64,000 nt of DNA from an uncultured Actinomycetota bacterium (GTDB taxonomy: Bacteria; Actinomycetota; Actinomycetes; JACCUZ01), in NCBI GenBank assembly GCA_963762865.1, contig CAVXNC010000018.1, positions 1,697 to 65,696 of the forward strand, read 5' to 3'. Below the pieces are notes generated by a model. It was not told where the DNA came from and ran no database searches. It was given only the letters and a program-made list of their open reading frames with translations. Shown here one piece after another: positions 1 through 8,355 of the stretch; the stretch's first letter is position 1, and the number at the start of each line of letters is the position of its first letter. A program made the translations under genes and the position numbers.

Positions 1-1311
1 CGCCGAGACCATCGACGCGAGGACACCGATCGACAGCGTCACGCCGAAGCCGCGCACCGGCCCGGAGGCCAGGAAGAAGAGCAGCCCCGCGGCCAGCAGC
101 GTCGTCACGTTGGAGTCGAGGATCGCCGTCCACGCCTTGGCGAAGCCGGTCGACAGCGCGGTCCGCAGGCCCTTCTTCGGCGCGGCGGCGTACTCCTCTC
201 TGGCTCGTTCGAAGACCAGCACGTTGGCGTCGATCGCCATGCCGATCGCGAGCACGAAGCCGGCCAGGCCGGGCAGCGTCAGGGTCGCGCCGAGAGCGAC
301 GAGCGCGGCGTACGAGATCAGGGCGTAGCCGGCGAGCGCGATCGTCGCGAGACCGCCGAGCAGCCGGTAGATGACGATGATGAAGAGCCCGGTGAGGGCG
401 ACACCGATGACGGCCGCCTTCGCGCTCGCGTCGATCGCCGCCTCGCCGAGGGTCGGGCCGACGGTCCGCTGCTCGATGACCTCGACCGGCACCGGCAGCG
501 CACCGCCGCGGATCAGGACCGCGAGCTCCTTGGCCTCCTCGGTCGTGAACTGACCGGTGATCTGCGTCGAGCCGCCGACGATGCCGACGTCGCACGGGAC
601 GTCCTCGTTGACCTGCGGCGAGGAGATCACCTGGTCGTCGAGCATGATCGCGACGCGGCGCCGCGGGTCGCCGAAGGGCTGGCACGCGGCGTCACCCGTG
701 ATGCGCGCCCACTCGTCACCACCGTTGCCGCGGAAGTCGATCGTGACGTACCAGCCACCTCCGCCCTGGGCGTCGATGACCGCCTCGGCACCCTTCACCT
801 GCTCGCCGGTGAGCGCGACCTTCCCGATCCGCACCGGCTGGCCGTCCTCGTCGTCGACGACGTTCTCGTCGGCCGTTGGTGACGGCGACGCGGACGGCGA
901 GGGCGACTCGGACGCGTCCGTCGACGTCGGTGACGGCGACGGTGTCGGCTGTGCCGGGTCGGGCACCCCGAGCACCGGGTGGAAGGTCAGCTGCGCGGTG
1001 CGGCCGATGACCTCGGCGGCCTCGCGCGGGTCCTGCACGCCGGGCAGCTCGACGATGATCCGACGGTCGCCGGAGCGGGTCAGCGACGGCTCGGAGACAC
1101 CGAGGGCGTCGACCCGTCGGCGCAGCACCTCGACCGCGCGGTCGGTGGCCTCCTTGGTCGCCTTGGTGGTCGGCGAGTCCTGGGTCTCGAGGACGATCTG
1201 GGTGCCGCCGCGCAGGTCGAGCCCGAGGCGGGCCGGCGTGGTCAGCGTGAAGTAGACGGATGCGGCGAGGATGCCCAGCGCGACGAGCGCGCGGACGGCT
1301 GGTGCGGACAT
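1..1311 (-). CDS. secD: protein translocase subunit SecD, 5' part (3' end lies beyond the left edge of the window)
   Basis: A reverse-strand ATG at 1311..1309 opens an unbroken frame running to position 1. It is absent from the ORF track because no stop falls inside the window. My translation reads MSAPAVRALVALGILAASVYFTLTTPARLGLDLRGGTQIVLE...RRVDALGVSEPSLTRSGDRRIIVELPGVQDPREAAEVIGRTAQLTFHPV..., followed by TM segments with AIDANVLVFERAREEY. This is the canonical SecD layout. Confidence 0.85.
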   Translation of the reverse strand, partial: MSAPAVRALVALGILAASVYFTLTTPARLGLDLRGGTQIVLETQDSPTTKATKEATDRAVEVLRRRVDALGVSEPSLTRSGDRRIIVELPGVQDPREAAEVIGRTAQLTFHPVLGVPDPAQPTPSPSPTSTDASESPSPSASPSPTADENVVDDEDGQPVRIGKVALTGEQVKGAEAVIDAQGGGGWYVTIDFRGNGGDEWARITGDAACQPFGDPRRRVAIMLDDQVISSPQVNEDVPCDVGIVGGSTQITGQFTTEEAKELAVLIRGGALPVPVEVIEQRTVGPTLGEAAIDASAKAAVIGVALTGLFIIVIYRLLGGLATIALAGYALISYAALVALGATLTLPGLAGFVLAIGMAIDANVLVFERAREEYAAAPKKGLRTALSTGFAKAWTAILDSNVTTLLAAGLLFFLASGPVRGFGVTLSIGVLASMVSA

Positions 1312-1368
1312 GGTGGTGCTCCGGGGCTGGGGTCGCGGCGCGGCGCGCGCGAAGGGCGGACGGTCGGC

Positions 1369-1791
1369 TCAGGCGCAGGCGGGAGCCGGGGGTCCGCGTC
1401 CGCTGCGGATCCCGGTCGTACGTCCGACAAGAGCTCTGTCCACGTGGTCGCGGCGGACCCACCAGGCCGCGGCGACCAGCAGCACCACCGCGGCCAGGGC
1501 GCCCACCGGGACGTGGCCCGGCCCGAGCTCTCCGGCGCGCTCCGAGGCGGCCGTGACGATGCCCTCGGTCTCGGAGCCGCCGTGCTGCCCCCGGCGGACC
1601 GCGGTGTCCCGCAGCTCCCGACCGGCGGTGACCCGGCCGGGCGGTGCCTGGCTCGTGGTCTGGGTCGCACCGGTGACCGCCTGCCGTGCCGCCACGGCCA
1701 CCGAGCCCGCCACGGTCGCACCCAGGGGCGCGAGCAGCGCGGCGAGGGCGGCCAGCAGGGCCACCAGCGGCTGACGGGTGAGACGAGGCAT
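1369..1791 (-). CDS. hypothetical membrane-anchored protein
   Basis: 140-aa ORF with G/C-rich third codon positions. It has an N-terminal signal-like stretch (LVALLAALAALLAPLGA) and a C-terminal TM segment (ALAAVVLLVAAAWWV). No family recognised, and it is not YajC-like. Confidence 0.45.
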   Translation of the reverse strand: MPRLTRQPLVALLAALAALLAPLGATVAGSVAVAARQAVTGATQTTSQAPPGRVTAGRELRDTAVRRGQHGGSETEGIVTAASERAGELGPGHVPVGALAAVVLLVAAAWWVRRDHVDRALVGRTTGIRSGRGPPAPACA

Positions 1792-1890
1792 CGGTCGGTC
1801 AGCCTACGCGGGCGCCGACCACTGGCAGGCCCAGATGTGCGCGTCTGCACCAGACACGCCGGCCGGGCGGTGTGTCAGCGCACAGTGGAT

Positions 1891-2388
1891 CTAGTGCAGG
1901 CCGTGGGCGACGGCGTGGCCGCGACCGCGGCCGATCAGCCACCGGTTGACGGGGACGGTCACCACGAAGGCCACGGCCAGCGCGAAGGCCAGGCTGCCCC
2001 AGAACAGGAGGTTGTCGAGGCCGGCCTCCATGGCGCCCGGGACGGCGAGCATCACGGCGTTGTCCACGATCTCCATCACGAGGATCGAGACGGTGTCGGC
2101 GGCCAGGGCCACCTTCACCGCGGCCCCGAAGGACAGGCCCGATCGCAGCACCGGCCCGAACGTCAGCAGGTAGCCGAAGAAGAACGCGAGGACGACGGCG
2201 AGCCCGATGGTCGGCCAGTCGCCCCAGCCGAGCGCGGTACCGATCACCATGCCGAGGACCTCGCCGATGGCGCAGCCGGTGAGGCAGTGCAGCGTCGCCG
2301 ACACCGCCAACCGGGTCAGCTCGGCCCCGGTCGCTGCCGGAGGCCCGGAGTGGTCAGCGTGCCCGGAGTGGTCGGCGTGGTCAGTCAA
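1891..2388 (-). CDS. DUF4396-type membrane protein with His-rich N-terminus
   Basis: 165 aa with a TTG start at 2388, overlapping the chrA stop by 8 nt. The N-terminus carries a DHADHSG-HADHSG repeat. It is followed by the LHCLTGCAIGE motif and about four hydrophobic helices, as in DUF4396 proteins. Confidence 0.7.
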   Translation of the reverse strand: MTDHADHSGHADHSGPPAATGAELTRLAVSATLHCLTGCAIGEVLGMVIGTALGWGDWPTIGLAVVLAFFFGYLLTFGPVLRSGLSFGAAVKVALAADTVSILVMEIVDNAVMLAVPGAMEAGLDNLLFWGSLAFALAVAFVVTVPVNRWLIGRGRGHAVAHGLH

Positions 2389-3784
2389 CCGGCAGCCCTA
2401 CCAGCGAGGCGAGGAGCCCGAGCGCGGCGCAGGCCCCCAGCGTCCGCAGCACGGTCCAGCGGAGACGGAAGAGCAGCAGGGCAGCGACCGCGGCGATGGC
2501 GACCGACGTCCAGCGCACCGACGAGAGGTCAGGCACCGCCACGTCGACGGGTCCCCACGACACCCGCGACGTCTCGGCGAAGATCGTGTGCAGCGCGAAG
2601 AAGACGGCCAGGTTCGCGATCACGCCGACCACGGCGGCCGTGATGCCGTTGAGGGCTGCGGACAGGGAGCGGTTGCCGCGAACCCGCTCGACGTAGGGCG
2701 CACCGAGGAAGATGAAGACGAAGCAGGGCACGAAGGTGACCCAGGTCGTCAGCAGCGCCGCGATGACCGCCGCGACCCACGGGTTCAGCGAGCCGGGCTC
2801 CCGGTAGGCACCGACGAAGGCCACGAACTGCACCACCATGATCAGCGGTCCCGGCGTCGTCTCGGCGAGGGCGAGTCCGCGCACCATCTCCCCCGGCCCC
2901 AGCCAGCCGTAGACCTCGACGGCCCGCTGCGCGACGTACGCCAGGACGGCGTAGGCGCCGCCGAACGTGACGAGCGCGGCCCCGGAGAAGAACAGGCTCT
3001 GCTCGGTGAGTACGCCCTCACCGCCGGTCAGCAGGGCGACCGCGGCCACCGGCACGCCCCACGCGACCAGACCGATGGCCAGCACGGTTGCGGCGTGCCG
3101 GGCCGAGGGCCGCTCGACGTGCAACGCGTCGTCGGGGACCAGCGGCGGCGGACCGTCGTCCCCGTCGCCGTGCGCGGCCGGCCGGAAGGCACCAGGCACC
3201 CATCGGCCGAGCGCCCACCCGATGACAGCCGCGGCCGCGATGACGAACGGGAACGGGACCTGGAAGGCCCACAGCGCGACGAACGACACGACGGCGAGCA
3301 CGATCGGCGCCGGGTGACCGAAGGTGCGGCCACCGAGCCGCACCACGGCCTGCGCCACGATCGCGAGGACGGCCGGCGCGAGCCCCGCGAAGAGCGCCGT
3401 CACCACCGACGAGTCGCCGTATCCGACGTAGACCGCCGAGAGCACGAGCAGCGCGACCACGCCGGGCAGCACGAAGAGGATGCCGGCGACGAGCCCACCG
3501 CGCAGCCCGTTGAGCAGCCAGCCGACGTAGATCGCGAGCTGCTGAGCCTCCGGTCCGGGCAGCAGCGTGCAGAAGCTCAGGGCGTGCAGGAAGCGACGCT
3601 GGCCGATCCAGCGGCGCTCCTCGACCAGGGTGCGCTGCATGACGGCGATCTGCCCGGCGGGGCCGCCGAAGGTCTGCAGCGAGATGGCGAACCAGGCCCG
3701 GACGGCCTCGCCGAAGGGGACGACGTCGCCCTGGCGCAGGTCGACCTGCTTGCCGTCGGCGACGCCGCGGTCGGGCTCGGTCAC
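2381..3784 (-). CDS. chrA: chromate transporter ChrA (two-domain CHR family)
   Basis: 467 aa. The first half has FAISLQTFGGPAGQIAVMQRTLVEERRWI and the second half repeats it as GAALVTFGGAYAVLAYV. It is polytopic throughout. Confidence 0.85.
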   Translation of the reverse strand: MTEPDRGVADGKQVDLRQGDVVPFGEAVRAWFAISLQTFGGPAGQIAVMQRTLVEERRWIGQRRFLHALSFCTLLPGPEAQQLAIYVGWLLNGLRGGLVAGILFVLPGVVALLVLSAVYVGYGDSSVVTALFAGLAPAVLAIVAQAVVRLGGRTFGHPAPIVLAVVSFVALWAFQVPFPFVIAAAAVIGWALGRWVPGAFRPAAHGDGDDGPPPLVPDDALHVERPSARHAATVLAIGLVAWGVPVAAVALLTGGEGVLTEQSLFFSGAALVTFGGAYAVLAYVAQRAVEVYGWLGPGEMVRGLALAETTPGPLIMVVQFVAFVGAYREPGSLNPWVAAVIAALLTTWVTFVPCFVFIFLGAPYVERVRGNRSLSAALNGITAAVVGVIANLAVFFALHTIFAETSRVSWGPVDVAVPDLSSVRWTSVAIAAVAALLLFRLRWTVLRTLGACAALGLLASLVGLPVD

Positions 3785-3808
3785 GGGCGGCAGCCAATCA
3801 CGGGAGTG

Positions 3809-4756
3809 TTACGTCTTCGCGAGTCGCCTGGCGGGTCGGCTCAGCTCCGCGAGCCGCGCTTCGCGGTCGGCGACCAGCCGGTCCGCGACCCGGACCGCGC
3901 GCTCGGCCTTGGCCAGCCCCGGTCCGGCCGCCTTGTGCCGCTTCTCCGCCTCCTTCAGCTCGGCGGTGGCCGTGGCCAGCTCGGCCTGCAGCTCCGCGAC
4001 CCGGTCGTCGAGCTCGGTCGCGGCGGTCGCGGCCTCCGCGACCTCGGCGGTGGCCGCCTCGAGCTGCTCGGCGGCCTCGGCGGCCTGCAGCCGGGCACCT
4101 GCCAGGTCGCGCTCGGCGCGGTCGCGCGCCACGGCCAGCCGCTCCTCCTCCGCCGCCCGCTCGGCCGCCCGGTCCGCGTCGGTGGCCTTGCCCTTGGCCG
4201 CCTTCGCGGCCGTCGCCGACTTCGTCGCCGTCAAGGACGCCGGCTTCGGCGTGCCCGACGACGTCGCCGGGCCCGACCCGTCACCCTGCGAGAAGCCGGA
4301 GTGCCGCAGCTGGCCGGTCAGCCGGCCGGTTGCCAGCTGCTCGGCGAGGCCGGCGTCGGCCAGCGCCGCGCGCAGGGTCTCCTCGAGACCGCGGGCGGCG
4401 TCCTCCCCGACCCGGTGCCCGGCGCTCGCCGCGTCCCGGCGGGCCTGCCGCACCAGCGCGGCCACCAGCTGGTGCTGCTGCTGCGAGAGGCGGCGCAGGT
4501 CCTCGCCGCGCAGCACCGCGGTGGCCTCGCGCAGGGCGTCGCCGAGCTCCAGCAGCGGGCGCAGCTCCTCGTCGTGGTCGCGCACCAGCCGGTTGGCCAG
4601 CCAGGCGACGGTCGTCGGCTTGCCGAGCGCCTTGATCTGCGCAGCCAGCGCCTTGTCGCCCTCGGCGCGGGCCTCCTTCTCCCGGGCGGTCCGGGCAGCG
4701 GTGAACTCGGCGGGCCAGAGGGCGTACAGCTCGTCGGCGACGGCGTCGAGGTCCAC
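3809..4756 (-). CDS. hypothetical coiled-coil protein
   Basis: 315 aa. A globular-looking N-terminal region is followed by a long Ala/Glu/Arg heptad-like tail (AEAAEQLEAATAEVAEAATAATELDDRVAELQAELATATAELKEAEK). No function assignable. Confidence 0.55.
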   Translation of the reverse strand: MDLDAVADELYALWPAEFTAARTAREKEARAEGDKALAAQIKALGKPTTVAWLANRLVRDHDEELRPLLELGDALREATAVLRGEDLRRLSQQQHQLVAALVRQARRDAASAGHRVGEDAARGLEETLRAALADAGLAEQLATGRLTGQLRHSGFSQGDGSGPATSSGTPKPASLTATKSATAAKAAKGKATDADRAAERAAEEERLAVARDRAERDLAGARLQAAEAAEQLEAATAEVAEAATAATELDDRVAELQAELATATAELKEAEKRHKAAGPGLAKAERAVRVADRLVADREARLAELSRPARRLAKT

Positions 4757-4847
4757 GCGACCATCCTGCCCGCACCCGACGCTTCTGGACTGTGCGTCGA
4801 CACACCAGATCCACGGCGTGTCCGGTGCGGGAGCGCACAGTCGAGGT

Positions 4848-5276
4848 CTAAGGAGTACGCACCACCGAGGGCGGCAGGGCGAGGTCGGGCACCAGGGTGG
4901 TGAGCAGGCTGCGCACCCGCTGGTCGATGTCGGCGACGATCCGCCGCACGGTCGCCTCGTCCTGCCCCTTGGGGTCGTCGAGCTCCCAGTCCTCGTAGCT
5001 CGCGCCGGCGTAGTAGGGGCACTCCTCGCCGCAGCCCATCGTCACGACCGCGTCGTAGCGGCCGTCGGGGTCGAAGCCCTTCGGGGTCTCGGCCGAGGTG
5101 TCCAGCCCGAGGTCCGCGAGCACGGCGGCGACCTCGGGGTGCACCTCGGCGCCCGGTGTCGAGCCGGCGGAGAACACGTCGACCCGGTCGCCCGCGTAGT
5201 GCTCGGCCAGCACCTTGCCGGTGACCGAGCGGCCGGCGTTGGCCTTGCAGGCGAAGAGGATGCTGGGTCGGCTCAC
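4848..5276 (-). CDS. arsC: arsenate reductase, LMW-PTP type
   Basis: GTG start at 5276. The N-terminus reads SRPSILFACKANAGRS, the CX5R P-loop. It also has MGCGEECPYY and WELDDP motifs. Its start overlaps the stop of the upstream MIP gene by 4 nt. The 370-aa ORF-track entry is an upstream extension. Confidence 0.85.
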   Translation of the reverse strand: MSRPSILFACKANAGRSVTGKVLAEHYAGDRVDVFSAGSTPGAEVHPEVAAVLADLGLDTSAETPKGFDPDGRYDAVVTMGCGEECPYYAGASYEDWELDDPKGQDEATVRRIVADIDQRVRSLLTTLVPDLALPPSVVRTP

Positions 5277-5983
5277 GAGACGGGTCCTTCCACCGGGCTG
5301 TGCCCGGGGCTGGGCAGGGGATAGAGCGCGCGGGCGAGCAGCGCGCCGAGCGCCCCGCCGACCACCTGCGCAGCGACGAAGGGCAGCACCGAGCCCGGCG
5401 CGATGCCGGCGAACGTGTCGGAGAACATCCGCCCGACCGTCACCGCCGGGTTGGCGAAGGACGTCGAGGAGGTGAACCAGTAGGCAGCACCGATGTACGC
5501 CGCCACGGCCGGAGCGGCGAGGGCCGTGCGGTCGGTGCGCACGAGTGCGGCGACGAGCAGCACCAGCCCGGCCGTCGCGACGACCTCGCCGAGCCACAGC
5601 CGGCCACCGGTGCGGTCGGTCGTGGCCAGGGCAGCGGGGACGCCGTACATCGCGTTGGCGACGAGCGCGCCGCCGATGCCGCCGGCGAGCTGGGCGAGGA
5701 CGTAGCCCCCGACCGCGGCTCCGGACAGACCGCGCAGCTGGTCGTCGTCTCCCCGGCCGAGCCACCAGTCGCACGCCGACACCACCGGGTTGAGGTGCGC
5801 GCCGGACACCGCGCCCACCATCAGGATCACGGCAGCCAGACCGAGTGCCGTCGCCACCGAGTTCTCGAGGAGCTGCAGGCCCCGGTCGCCGGGCGAGAGC
5901 CGTTGCGCCGCGATGCCGGAGCCGACGACGACCGCCACGAGAACGCCGGTGCCGAGGCACTCGGCCAGCAGGCGTCGGGGCAT
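5273..5983 (-). CDS. MIP-family channel (aquaglyceroporin-like, AqpS-type candidate arsenite channel)
   Basis: ATG at 5983 (MPRRLLAECLGTGVLV...). It has both half-helix signatures, HLNPVVS (NPV) and FANPAVT (NPA), and six hydrophobic segments. It sits between arsR and arsC. Confidence 0.8.
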   Translation of the reverse strand: MPRRLLAECLGTGVLVAVVVGSGIAAQRLSPGDRGLQLLENSVATALGLAAVILMVGAVSGAHLNPVVSACDWWLGRGDDDQLRGLSGAAVGGYVLAQLAGGIGGALVANAMYGVPAALATTDRTGGRLWLGEVVATAGLVLLVAALVRTDRTALAAPAVAAYIGAAYWFTSSTSFANPAVTVGRMFSDTFAGIAPGSVLPFVAAQVVGGALGALLARALYPLPSPGHSPVEGPVS

Positions 5984-6033
5984 CGACGCGGTGACCGGCG
6001 GCCCGCCGCCCACCTCGATCGCCGGCGGCGAGG

Positions 6034-6393
6034 TCAGCACGGCCGCTGCGGTCGCTTCGTGCGGCTGGCCTCGACCAGACCGTCGACGGCCCGCTGCACG
6101 TCGGCGAGCGCGCCCGGCGACAGCCGGTAGTAGGTGTAGCGACCCGCCTGCTCGCTCTCCACCAGGCCGGCGTCGCGCAGCGCCCGCAGGTGGTGGGACA
6201 CCAGGGTCTGCTTGGCCCCGAGCTCCTCCTGCAGGTGGCAGACGCAGAGCTCCTCGACGGCCAGCCGGTCGAGGATGGCGGCGCGGACCGGGTCGGCGAG
6301 CATCCGCAGTGCCCCGGCGACGTCCGCGACCCGGTGATCCGGCGCCAGTGGGGCGACCGGGCGCGTCCGGCTGATCGTCACGTCGGTCGTCAT
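6034..6393 (-). CDS. arsR: ArsR-family metalloregulator
   Basis: 119 aa. The winged HTH carries the ELCVCHLQEELGAKQTLVSHHLRALRDAGLV signature, including the CVC metalloid site. It is the first gene of the arsR-MIP-arsC operon. Confidence 0.85.
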   Translation of the reverse strand: MTTDVTISRTRPVAPLAPDHRVADVAGALRMLADPVRAAILDRLAVEELCVCHLQEELGAKQTLVSHHLRALRDAGLVESEQAGRYTYYRLSPGALADVQRAVDGLVEASRTKRPQRPC

Positions 6394-6449
6394 TTTGGTG
6401 ATGACACACCAGCCGGGACTGATGAGTCAACCCCTCCGCTCCGTGCGGC

Positions 6450-7853
6450 TCAGCCGCAGCAGCCGGTCCCGTCGACCGCCTCGAGGCCGGCGAGCGGGAG
6501 CGCGGCCCGCCCGCCGAGCAGGTCCGAGACCCGCTCACCCGGTGGCCGCGGCGCTGAGCACACGCCGGTCTCGGGCAGCACGAGCCGTACCTCGTCGGCG
6601 CCGGCCGTGTCGCCCGCGAGCTGCGCGGCGATCGAGCGCACCTGCTCGTTGCCGGTGGTGACCAGGAAGGTGGGCGCCCGGCCGTAGGACTTCATGCCGA
6701 CGGTCCAGAAACCGGGCTCCTGCGGGTGGCCGAGCTCGCGGTGGCCGTGCGGCGGCACGGTCCCGCAGGAGTGGAAGGCCGGGTCGATCAGCGGCGCCAG
6801 GTCGCGCGGCGACTCCAGGCCGGGGTCCAGGTCGAGGCGCAGCTCGCCCAGCATCTCGAGATCGGGACGGAAGCCGGTCGCGGCCACGACCTGGTGGACG
6901 CCGTCGATGCGCCGCTCGCCGGAGTCGGTGGCCCCGACGACCGTGACGGTCGCGCCGTCAGCCGCCGTCTCGAGGCGGGTGACCGCGAAGCCGGTGACGT
7001 GCTCGATCGCACCGGAGTCGACCAGAGCGTGCAGGTCCGACCCGAGCCGGCCGCGCGCCGGGAGCTGGTCGACCTGCTCCCCTCCGTAGATCCGCTGCAC
7101 ACCGGGTCGGCGGATCGCCCACACGACCTCGGTGCCGGGCTCGTCGCGTGCCAGCCGCGCCAGGTCGAGCAGGGTGTTGGCCGCGGAGTGGCCCATGCCC
7201 ACGACGAGGGTGCGTCGCCCGGCGAACCGTGACCGGTCGCGCCCCAGCACGTCGGGCAGTGCACCGGTCACGAAGCCGGCCTGCTCGGCCTCGGCCTCAC
7301 CGAGGGCCGGCAGCCCCGAGGCGCCCAGCGGGTTGCGCCTCCCCCAGGTGCCGGATGCGTCGACCACCGCGCGGGCCGTCAGGTCGGTGACCTCGCCGGT
7401 CGCCGTGTCGCGCACCCGCACGAGGAAGGGCTGCTGGTCGCGGTCGAGGGTTCGCGCCTTGTCCAGCCCGGCGCGGGCGACCGACTCGACCCGGGCTCCG
7501 GTGGCGACGTACCGCCCGAGGACCGCGGCGAGCGGCTCGAGGTAGTCGCGCACGATCTCGGCCCCGGTCGGCGCGAACTCGTCGTCGGGCCGCGTCCAGC
7601 CGGTCGGCGCGAGCAGCTTCTCGGCGGCGGGGTCGACGAGGTAGCGCCACGGCGTGAACGTCCGGACGTGGCCCCACTCGAGCATGGCGGCGCCGACCCG
7701 CTCCCCCGCCTCGAGGACGAGCACCGGCAGGTCGTACGCCCTCAGGTTGGCCGCAGCAGCCAGCCCCACGGGGCCGGCGCCGATGACGACGACCGGCTGC
7801 TCGACGGCCGACGCTGCGTCGGTCAGGACGTCGCGCAGGCCTGTCCGGCTCAT
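6450..7853 (-). CDS. FAD/NAD(P)-binding flavoprotein monooxygenase, ArsO-like
   Basis: ATG at 7853 (MSRTGLRDVL...). A GAGPVGLAAA dinucleotide fold lies at the N-terminus and a second VGMGHSAANT fold lies further in. The C-terminus ends in ...DGTGCCG. The gene is divergent from an ArsR gene. The 595-aa ORF-track version is an upstream extension through the intergenic region. Confidence 0.7.
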   Translation of the reverse strand: MSRTGLRDVLTDAASAVEQPVVVIGAGPVGLAAAANLRAYDLPVLVLEAGERVGAAMLEWGHVRTFTPWRYLVDPAAEKLLAPTGWTRPDDEFAPTGAEIVRDYLEPLAAVLGRYVATGARVESVARAGLDKARTLDRDQQPFLVRVRDTATGEVTDLTARAVVDASGTWGRRNPLGASGLPALGEAEAEQAGFVTGALPDVLGRDRSRFAGRRTLVVGMGHSAANTLLDLARLARDEPGTEVVWAIRRPGVQRIYGGEQVDQLPARGRLGSDLHALVDSGAIEHVTGFAVTRLETAADGATVTVVGATDSGERRIDGVHQVVAATGFRPDLEMLGELRLDLDPGLESPRDLAPLIDPAFHSCGTVPPHGHRELGHPQEPGFWTVGMKSYGRAPTFLVTTGNEQVRSIAAQLAGDTAGADEVRLVLPETGVCSAPRPPGERVSDLLGGRAALPLAGLEAVDGTGCCG

Positions 7854-7912
7854 GTCAGCTCCTGGGGAGAGATCGACGGTTCTCGATGTGTTCGGCCCAT
7901 CGTGGAGCTGAC

Positions 7913-7945
7913 ATCGACAGATGTCAATGATTGACGTCTGTCGAT
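7913..7945. promoter_or_regulatory. candidate ArsR operator (16-1-16 inverted repeat)
   Basis: ATCGACAGATGTCAAT-g-ATTGACGTCTGTCGAT, with the arms complementary at 15 of 16 positions. It is centred in the 112-bp divergent region between the ArsO-like gene (start 7853) and the ArsR gene (start 7966). Confidence 0.5.
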
Positions 7946-7965
7946 TTCTCGCCGACGATGGGGCC

Positions 7966-8328
7966 ATGCCGAGACCGCTCCCCCTGCTCGACCCGGTGCC
8001 GACTGCGGACACCTGCTGCGCTCCGCTGGCCGACGCGCCGCTCTCCGCCGACGAGGCCGTCGAGCTGGCGAGCCGGCTCAAGGCACTGGCCGACCCCGGC
8101 CGGTTGCGGCTCGTCTCGCTGCTGCTCGCCAGCGCGGACCAGGAGGCCTGCACGTGCGACCTCACCGAGCCGCTCGGCCTGTCGCAGCCCACCGTCAGCC
8201 ACCACCTGAAGAAGCTCGCGGAGGCCGGCATCGTCACCGGCGAGCGCCGCGGCGTGTGGACCTACTACCGCGTCCAACCGGCGGCGCTGGCCTCGATCGC
8301 AGCGCTGCTCACCGGCGGCCGCCGCTGA
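7966..8328 (+). CDS. arsR: ArsR/SmtB-family regulator with N-terminal Cys pair
   Basis: It has the wHTH signature LGLSQPTVSHHLKKLAEAGIV. There is a vicinal Cys pair (TADTCCAPL) near the N-terminus and a CTC in EACTCDL, an arrangement I recall from Corynebacterium-type ArsR. I prefer ATG 7966, because the ORF-track start at 7921 lies inside the operator palindrome. Confidence 0.8.
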   Translation: MPRPLPLLDPVPTADTCCAPLADAPLSADEAVELASRLKALADPGRLRLVSLLLASADQEACTCDLTEPLGLSQPTVSHHLKKLAEAGIVTGERRGVWTYYRVQPAALASIAALLTGGRR

Positions 8329-8355
8329 CGCTCCCACTGCCGACCCGGCAGCTGG

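Noticed and set aside
979-4903. Very long plus-strand ORFs (979..2643, 554 aa; 2207..4903, 898 aa) opposite secD, DUF4396, chrA and the coiled-coil gene
   Set aside because: Their translations are Arg/Gly/Asp/Pro-rich low-complexity text with no motifs. They are antisense to genes with clear family signatures, making them typical shadow ORFs of a high-GC genome.
6394-6449. TCATCA direct repeats upstream of the first arsR as an operator
   Set aside because: The repeats are short (6 nt) and non-palindromic. I cannot support a call without comparative data.
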